From positions 27,528,001-27,592,000 of the forward strand of contig OZ260667.1 of assembly GCA_965285935.1 (NCBI GenBank): DNA of 64,000 nt, in the 5' to 3' direction. Positions 55,400 to 64,000 of the stretch are shown piece after piece. The notes under the pieces were generated by a model, which did not search any database, had not been told where the DNA came from, and worked only from the letters and a program-made list of their open reading frames with translations. Source of the DNA: Ophelia neglecta. Taxonomy: Eukaryota. Each line of letters opens with the position of its first letter. Positions within the stretch are counted from its first letter, which is position 1. The translations under genes were made by a program, and so were the position numbers.

Positions 55400-58300
55400 A
55401 TTTCATATCACTTCCATTTTAGCATTGAGCAAGATAGTGGGAGAAGGATAAAAATATGATTTATAACTAATTATTATGATTAATAAAATTTCTATATGAT
55501 CAGGGACAACTCTTCTTAACTCCTCTTGGCAAGTTCCCATTTTTGTTAATTAAACCTGTAGAATACTAGTATTCAGCATTGAGGTTGCCAGCAGATGCCC
55601 TGTTGTTTACATGGGTAACATTTGTCTTACAATTGTCTGTAAGTGTACAAAGTTTATTTCCAGTATTTACTGTTATTTTTCGTATTTTGTGAGTACTGTT
55701 TAAGTGTATAATATTACTACTTCGGCTTGCAATTCAATAAATAGGAATATCTTGTGTCAAAATACACTTTTAGTTGATATTGTTGTTTTTGACTGTTTTT
55801 TCATGTATTAGAATCATTTTATATGTACATTCTGCTAGAAAGTACTTAATATTATTTAACTTAAAATTATTTAACTTCTTATTTATTAAATGCGTTCTAA
55901 ATGGCATAGCATTCATGCAATTTGGCAGGAATATGGTATTTATATAAACATAAAGCAGATCATTAAACAGACATGTAAGTCTTGAAATACAATACTTCTT
56001 TTTTAACCTAAAATATGAATGAAAGTTTTTTCGGTCTTGAAGTTCAAGACTTAAAAATATATGTTTGTGACAAAAGTGGCTTTGTCCTGAACAATACTTT
56101 CACAATGTCCAATTGTGGTCTAGTTCATAATGCATCTAATGCTTGCTAACTGTGCTTGACTTGTGCATTATTATAAACAACTATTATAATCATTGCCTGA
56201 CAGGAAATATGATAAACATGTTTTAAAGCATTATATTTGTGAACTGGGCAGGTATAACATAAAATAATTGACCGTATGTCATTAATATGATGTTACATAA
56301 CACCTACTAATAAAATTCCAGTCAGCTGGTTGAATCAAATTTCAAGGCGAATGTCTAAATTACTGTAACATTATATTGCTATCGATCACCTGACAGCTTT
56401 ATTAGGAACTTGATTTGTTTAGTAAGACACACGGTTCATATGATAATAATCATAGTAATGTTCTCTCAACTCTACCAAAACTCTCATTGAAACTGCCTAT
56501 ATCTAAACTAAATTCCTAAAACTGCTCTAGATACAATGTATAATGTTTGAAATAATCTATGAAAAATTAAGAACAACTGTCAGTGAAATCACACTCTTAT
56601 TTTATTGTCATCACTTTATGCTTTATGCTTTAGATATTCACAAATGTAACATTTGGATCAGACACAACATGGCCTCAGATGTTTGGTTCAACATGGTATA
56701 TTAATATAACTGTTGTCTCTGCTATGGGCATTATTTAATATACAATTAGCAGTCTTCTGTATACATGAGGTGCTCTGTTATATTTTTTGCGTGGCTTCTT
56801 CTTTCTTGGTTTTGTTATGGCCCGAGTTAGACTAGGCATTTCCTATAAAAGAACATAATGACAATGAAGCCTAATTAAACTAAAACTCTAAAATGCAAAA
56901 CTGGCTTATCTTTCACGGTATAACATAGCAGAATTATGTGTTATTTTGCTCGTCTATAGGAAAATATAGTGGAATTTTGCTTTCTGAACATTTTTGTTGG
57001 CTAAATTTGCTAGTGCATCGGCCAGTTTTGCGCTTAGTAGTCAAATTTTGCTCCAGCAAAATTAGACCATTTTTTGTTGATGCTGCTATGAGCAAATTTA
57101 AATACATGAGGTACTGCCAAAATATCGCTCATATTTTTTGAGGACCGTTCTGAACGGCCTAAATCTTTGTCAAATACAAGATTAATAAGACGTTAAGTTA
57201 TATAAATAGGTATGGTATCATATCTTTGTACCATAATTGAACAAATTACACAAATATTACACATCAAAGTTTTGAAAAGCATGTCTATACTTACGACTTT
57301 TAGGAGGGTGCCGGAACTTTGCCTCTCGATAGATAGATATGGCTGCCGATAGATTGCAGTTGGGGTAAATGAAGTAGTACTGAAGGGTCTATCGGCTAAT
57401 ACCGAATTCCGCGGGGAAACTTGTTTTCTTTAGACATTAGGGCTCAATTTATTAACTGCGCAAAATTAGCCAAAAGGCAAAATTACCCGAGTCACCCCTA
57501 AACTATTGATTTTCCCATGATCAGAATCCCTCATATTAAATTTTCTACTAATACCGGGGAATGTTAAATCAGCTCCAGCAGTCAAACGGAATATCGAATT
57601 CGCGGATGTCTTAGCTGGCTTGACTCTTGTTGTGCCTGTGTCCATTTTAGAAGGCATCATTTCGCTGTACGATATCCATCAAAGGGAACGTAAATTAGTA
57701 TAGTTTTTAAGGCGTTAAGTCCTATAATTGCCACTGTAGATATGTTTGGGTACAACATGCACTTTTTGTTTTTTTCGAATTTTCTGAAGGCGACCGCATA
57801 ATCCAAAGACAGTGTTAAACGAAATGAAGAGCCATGCCTTGGGGAAAAGGTCCTGAAATTGCCGTAAATTATAACAACTGTGCTCCTTCGGAGGAGAATT
57901 AGCACACAGTCGCAGAGCACCGGTACATTCTAGGCCTAGGGGGAGTATTTCGTCGGTGGGGGAATTACACGATGGCTCTTAAAAGTAGCGGCCCAGGTGC
58001 CAGAGATAAGACCCGGGGGTCCAATGTTAACTCACTGGTCAAAACGATAGTAATCGGGCCCCAAGGCTCGCCATTAGGGAAAGGTTAGAAAAGATCGATA
58101 TAAAAGTTCTCCCGAGTTCGTTAACGGTCCAGTGAAGGAATTGGGCAAAACTTATTTTCTTTATTTGGAGGCAATTCCATAGCAGCTGAAATTTGCGTCT
58201 ACGGATCAATCTTGTAAATAAACGTGAAAAGGAAATAATTGATCAGTGAGAGTGGGACAAGAATTTGTAAATTCTCCCATTAAAGGAGCAGGGGGGTTAG

Positions 58301-60120
58301 GGCCATGTCAGCTATTGCGGCCCGGCTCCAACTCTATTTGGGTGACTTGGCTGCAGATGACCTCGATTCAACAAGAAAATCGACATATCGGTCTGGCTCC
58401 TGCCTTTATGGCGCCCCAAGCACACTAATCTGCCCGGGCAGCTAATATACACAGGATTGATGACAACCTTTCTATACCGATGAACTGGTTAATCTGTAAA
58501 TATTAGTCAAGACATTTTAGCTGATTATTTAAGGCAATAGCCCGGTCAGTGGACGCTCAATCCTCAGTAGGTTAAACAAGACAACATTGATTTTGTTCCT
58601 GCATAATATTTGATTATTGCAATGTTTGAGTAATCGATGTAAAACAGGCGTGTAATATTAATGTGAACGCGAATGTACGAAGAAAAATCAGCGAGAATGT
58701 CAGGCTGAAAAACTATGATGGCAATGGAAGTTAGAACAAACGATGGCCGACTGTTTGCTTTTGGCTGAGAAGGGACGTGATTGTGGTAATGATGAGGCGT
58801 GCTCTGTCAAAGAATCAGACAGCGGTTCTCTATACAAGGATGTGTCAAATCGCCAAAACAAGCCTAATACACTGTTACGGTTTGACTTTGATGACAGTGC
58901 ATCATATGCGGTTTAACCATTAAGGTACACTTTCAGGTTGAGACATATTGAGTGTTTTTTAAAGAAGTACCAGATTTATCTGGTACCTTCTTAGTTGTGA
59001 TTTGATTTTGACTGAGTTTAGTTTATCCATTTCATCTGAAACAAAACATATCGGTATTTAAATTATCTCAAAACTCACGTTCAAACATTGGCAATGAGCT
59101 AGGCCTTCAGCATCGAGTAGACGAAGCTTTTTTTGTTTTTAATTTAGTAAAATGGAATTTTTTCATTATTACCCGTGGAAAATAACAGTTCTTTCTTGAA
59201 AATAGACTCACCCTGCCCAGACATTTGTCAAGTCTACAGCTTGCAATTTGGCAGAGTGAAATTATCATTGCGTATGACAAGGGGAATCATTGCCATAGCC
59301 ATAATACTCGGTTTGAAGTCAATAAAACATTGGTTCCTGAAGGGATAGTGAAGTCGGCTCTATCAAGGTACAGTAGTAACAGGTTCAAGTTACTATATGC
59401 GACATGTACAGAACGTATATAAATACACTGTATGCACATAACTAGTCACACTATCTCATACAGTCAGCTTATAAACAGGAAAAATACAACAAACCAACAT
59501 AATTTACAATAAACCGCTGGATCCTATATAGGGCCTAGATTAAATTTCTTAAAGGAAAAAATAGCCTATTATAAAACGGGACTCAGGTTATTTGGGCCAG
59601 AAATACATTCACATAGTTGAACTTCATAATTCCGCAATTTCATACACTGAAATCAAAAGCTACATTACTTACATTGTTTAGGCATAAGTACTACAAGAAC
59701 ATCGAAGAAAATGTATCTTAAAAGTCTAGAGGGAAGCCTCGGCAGGCATGTAAATTTTCGATCAATTGATGTGCTCGGATTTGGGGCCTGCCCTTTTGAA
59801 GCAGAATTGTACCTTTGGGAGAATTTGACCATCACCTCCATTAGCAAGATTATTAATAGGCCTATAAGAACAATTCACTCGTTCAAAATAGGAAGAATGT
59901 ATGAAAGCACCAGGACAAAGAACATACGATCAGCCATTGAGGAGATTTACTTAAGAATACCCAGGAGGCTGTAGGTGAAAGTGTCTTTGTTTTCCTCACA
60001 CGCGGTATTGTCCACATCTGCTGTCCCAAGAGGCTTGTCAACAAACCAGAAAAATTCATCGAAAGAAGGCAGAAACTGCTCTCGTGGAATGATCGCCATA
60101 TATATGGTGTAACCATGTAT

Positions 60121-60755
60121 TGTACTCGAGGACTGATGACATAAATATACACGGTCTTAACATGGGCTGTACTCAAGGACTATTGACATATTTACACGGT
60201 CTTAACATGGGCTGTACTCGAGGAATAATGACATATATACTTGGTCTAAACTTGGGCTGTACTCGAGGACTGATGACATATATACAGTGTCTAAACATGG
60301 ACTGTACTCGAGGACCAATGAAATATATATACACGGTCTAAACATGGGCTGTACTCGAGGTATGATGACATATATACACGGTCTTAACATGGGCTGTATT
60401 CGAGGACTGATGACATATATTCACGGTCTCAACATGGGCTGTACTCGAGGACTAAAGAAATATATATACATGATCTAAACATGGGCTGTACTCGAGGACA
60501 AATGGCATTTATACACGGTCTTAACATGGGTGTACTCGAGGACTGATGACATACATATACGGTGTAACAATGAATTATACTCGAGGACTGATGACATATA
60601 TACACGGTCTTAACATGGGCTGTATTCGAGGACTGATGACATACATATACGGTGTAACAATGAATTATACTCGAGGACTGATGACATATATACACGGTCT
60701 TAACATGGGCTGTATTCGAGGACTGATGACATATATACACGGTCTAAACATGGGC
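60121..60755. repeat. Minisatellite, ~45-bp unit, ~14 copies
   Basis: Consensus TGTACTCGAGGACTGATGACATATATACACGGTCTTAACATGGGC. It accounts for the repetitive ORFs on both strands. Confidence 0.97.
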
Positions 60756-62762
60756 CGATTTTTAATTTTTAGTCCACTATCTATACCATGTGACTGAAAA
60801 CCTGCGATCAGGTCATCACCTAGGGGCTCTCCAAAGTGTCTGTGCCGTTTTTAGCAGGGTGGTACACCTGCCAATTAGAATGTCACTCCTCGGCTTCGAA
60901 TCTGACATACCCCGAGACAAGCTAACCGCCTCGCTGTTTTACAGCTAAATATATATGTATATTTATATTCGTATATAGGCGGTTTAGTATAGCACTCGAA
61001 AATCTAGCTAGTGGGCTGTATGTAGTATGACACGACTGAGTGGGGCGTTAAGCTTAAGCAACTTTCATTAGCTTATGGCGTTCCTAATTTATGAAGTTTC
61101 TGTCGACTTGCTCATATCAGCCGGCCCGTGTTTAATTCATATATTGCTGTTTTTGCGTTGAATAAGGGAGATACAAGGGCTGCTATCGGCGCAGAGCACT
61201 GAGTGACTCTTCATTAATTTTCCATTACTAAGTCTGTAGCAGCAGTCTGTTATATAACTGATATAAATATACGGCAGACGTTAGAGATATAAAGTGAAGG
61301 AGGCAGACTGCACATGTGCTCATTGTAGATGCAAGAAAAGAGAAACCCAGGCCCGGGACGTTGATATAGGTGAATGAATGAGTGACAGCAGAGGGAGCAG
61401 GGGGGTCCAAAGCGGACTCCAGAAAATCGGCCTCGACAGCCGACCAAGCTGGGGTGATCTAGGGCTGGACTCAGGGGTATCGTTACCATCCCTCTCTCTC
61501 CCATCCCGGCTTTATAAACCACCTCACCGTCCCGACCAACGCCACCTCCGACTTATGAAAAATGTATCCACAAGGAATCTGCAGCAGCCAGCCTCCAGGT
61601 CATTGTTTCCTTGGCCTTTCTATACATGCATTACATAGCTTTCAACTGGTTTGGCACAAGACTAGGGCTCAAATTGTGTTGATTTGCATATAAATATATC
61701 CTCCATAAAAAATAATTGTTTTCAATGGAAATGTAGCTTAGCTATCCCTAATTAAGAGTAAGAGAGTTGCCATGTGTTGATGCCTCTCATGGACGAAGCG
61801 AGCATTCCTTTCCGTCTCTAACCTCACTGACCCTAGAGGTTTGGCCATGATAGCGCACAGGAGGCTTCCCGCCTTCGAGATGCCATCAATTATACTAGCC
61901 ACTTGGAAACGTCAAAAACTCTTACTGATCAGTAAGGCAAAAACCACAAGATCATAGCTCAGGTATTTGCGCATGAAATATAAATACGAATTCTTGACTG
62001 CCAATGCATAACGAGACAATTATGTGCCAGGTAAGGCTTATTAAATTTAAATATAACTAATTAGTGGCTGAACAAGATTGCGAGGCTACCTATACTTATT
62101 CTTATACTCAAAATTTGCAACCTGAAAGTAATAACGTGACTGCGAATAAATTATTAATAATTGGTTAGAATCTTATTGTTGGCTCGGAAGCATGTCGGAT
62201 TTACCTTCACACACATGAACATTTATTTCGGTATGAGTCACTGGGTATGTGTGGAGCAAACATATTTTTAAAGTTTATAAGGTAAGGCTTTATAATCCTG
62301 TATACTGGAGGATAGCCATTAAGCTCGTTTTCGTATTCACTGTAATCAATCAGAAGCAGGTAAGTAACAATGGCTCACCCATATGGAACTGTTCAAAATG
62401 GGGCTATGTTAACGGTAGGCAGTAAATTACCGAGTCTATAAAGTAGCCTATTACGGAGTCCAGCTTGTACAGTGACCGGAAGGCAGGCCGTACCCGCCCG
62501 GTCTGTTTGAATATTGATGCCAAGCGTAGACATACCGACAGGCAGACGAGATACCCTCAAGTCAACACCCTGACAGTAATTGTCATGTCATAAAAAGCGT
62601 TAATACGAGCGCCTGGATTAAGTGGACAAAACCCTTTGATGCTCAATAACCCCTCTACATATACTGACTACGTTATTAAAACTACCTAATGTGAACATGC
62701 TCAAGATGTTGATATTATTTCAATGCTTATAAAATAATGCAATGAGCATATAATTACTTTAC

Positions 62763-62977
62763 CTTCTTAAGCTAAAGCCGCGTCGATCACCACCGCTAGT
62801 CATACGACGGACGCCATGAAGATCAAGGTCACGCGCATGCTCTTTCCAAACGGAAGTAGAACAGCAGCAACAGCAATACTCTTGTCGTCTGGCTGACCCG
62901 CTGCTGCCACGTCTCTTCCGACATTTGGTACTCCCTGTCTGTATATGCACCTCTTCAGCATCCATGGCATCTTCCAT
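62763..62977 (-). CDS. DEG/ENaC (ASIC-superfamily) channel, coding exon 1 (cytoplasmic N-terminus with HG motif)
   Basis: ATG in good context (acaATGG). Encodes MEDAMDAEEV...EYCCCCCSTSVWKEHARDLDLHGVRRMTSGGDRRGFSLR, containing the pre-TM1 HG motif. Ends AG|GTAAAG in phase 2, matching the phase-2 start of the TM1 exon at 6193 (joined: ...SLRRCVW...). Confidence 0.85.
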
Positions 62978-63027
62978 TGTGAATATTTTTGAAAAAAAAG
63001 TACTAAGCTCGCGTGGGAAGTACTCTC

Positions 63028-63090
63028 CTGTAGACCACAGACAAAATTATATTATTCTATATCAAGAATCCGTTAAGTTTTGCGACTTAC
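63028..63090 (-). other. Candidate 63-nt 5'UTR intron of the channel gene
   Basis: Minus strand: GCA|GTAAGT at 63090, a CTTAAC branch-like word, and ttttgtctgtggtctacag|G at 63028, 50 nt upstream of the ATG. Confidence 0.45.
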
Positions 63091-64000
63091 TGCAGGCCAA
63101 TTCGACAAGTTGACGGTCGGAGTCCCGTAGCTTTCTTGACTGTTCAACTGTGTTCAATGAATGAAAAACATGCTATGGTAGCAAATGACTGTGAGGCAAA
63201 TTTATCCACATAGATGAACTATTGTACAATCATAAGCATGTTACACCGATTGAAATATCTTGTGGGAAGGCTCGTTAGCAGGCTAATCACATCCCAGTTC
63301 ACAGACGACTGCTGCGTATTCCACACTTATCTGCAGGTATGTGATAGGCAGAAGCGTTGGTTTCAGAACGGTGAGTGGAGTGGTACTGATGACAGTGGTA
63401 GGCGGCAGATATACCCAGATAGCCACTTCGTCGCACGGCATTTCGGAGCCATACACTGTACCGGTTGAGGATGAAATATATAGGCTGTACGAATTCTGCT
63501 CCTTCAATAGTAAAATGCGGGAGTTCACCACCCTCGCCTTTCGGCGACACTTGTTAAAGATAATATAGTGTTCATACCTGTCATATTACCAATTCACCTC
63601 CTTTCAATGCAATCGCGATAGTTCAATGCCATGAAATTGGTTTCTGCCACTAGAAGCTGCGGTTCTGAAGACCACACCTGGGCCGACGCAAGGCAGTTGG
63701 GTAGAGTCAAGCTAATTTACACGGCTAAGCTATGATTGGCTAATTTAGAGACCACTTGCCATTGAAGTTTTCCTGGAGGAAATTTTTATCCGATAGTTAT
63801 GACTTAAGGTTTCATAGTTCACGGCTGCGTATGTTACTAATCTGAAATGCTCACACCGTCAACCAGTCTTTCATCTGCAAACACTCGGAGGCAGCCAGTG
63901 AGGCCGTTAGCTTTGAGGCACAAGAGCGGCGATCGGCCCGACATGGGCTGAGTTGCCGCAGCCACCGAGATCGATGATCGCTTGCCGAGATCCGAGCACG

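Larger units (their letters stand above)
51224..57498. mobile_element. ~6.3-kb non-autonomous TIR DNA transposon (superfamily unassigned)
   Basis: Perfect 22-bp TIR GGGGTGACTCGGGTAATTTTGC at both ends, each flanked by TA. Many internal GAGCAAA/TTTGCTC motifs. No long ORF. Confidence 0.8.
6194..62762 (-). other. Giant first coding intron (56,569 nt) of the DEG/ENaC gene
   Basis: GT...AG boundaries with matching phase 2. No other channel-like exon was seen between them, although the N gap is unreadable. Confidence 0.8.

Noticed and set aside
60121-60755. CRISPR-like array, hammerhead multimer (CTGATGA in most units) or repeat-protein gene
   Set aside because: No unique spacers and no cas genes; no GAAA core or stems; the ORFs follow from a 45-bp unit and are broken by unit-length variation.
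63283-63550. ORFs upstream of the channel gene
   Set aside because: Short and overlapping on both strands. Only weak endonuclease-like words (GEGG, VYLPP), which is insufficient.

Overview
AT-rich eukaryotic genomic DNA, most likely from a marine invertebrate (inferred from repeat content; species not determinable), with one 294-N assembly gap. The window is dominated by one minus-strand DEG/ENaC (ASIC-superfamily) ion-channel gene. Six phase-compatible coding exons can be read by hand (62977-62763, 6193-6026, 5767-5615, 4754-4648, 1746-1559, 248-110; 970 nt, 323 codons plus 1 nt), and the gene continues past the left edge. The first coding intron is 56,569 nt and fills most of the window. 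It holds two copies of a 178-bp TA-flanked MITE, a 6.3-kb terminal-inverted-repeat element (with a nested MITE, an internal ~450-bp duplication and a possible spliced NLS-rich gene remnant), decayed L1/Tx1, CR1/L2 and L2 LINE fragments, and several minisatellites. Most ORF-track ORFs are spurious. The most notable observations are the deviant N-terminus of the channel (DLDLHG re-entrant loop, five-cysteine cluster, no ASIC proton-sensor His) and a strong excess of TA-[4-bp palindrome]-TA words whose cores match the termini of TA-targeting transposons present in the same window. I found no convincing wholly new multi-gene system.
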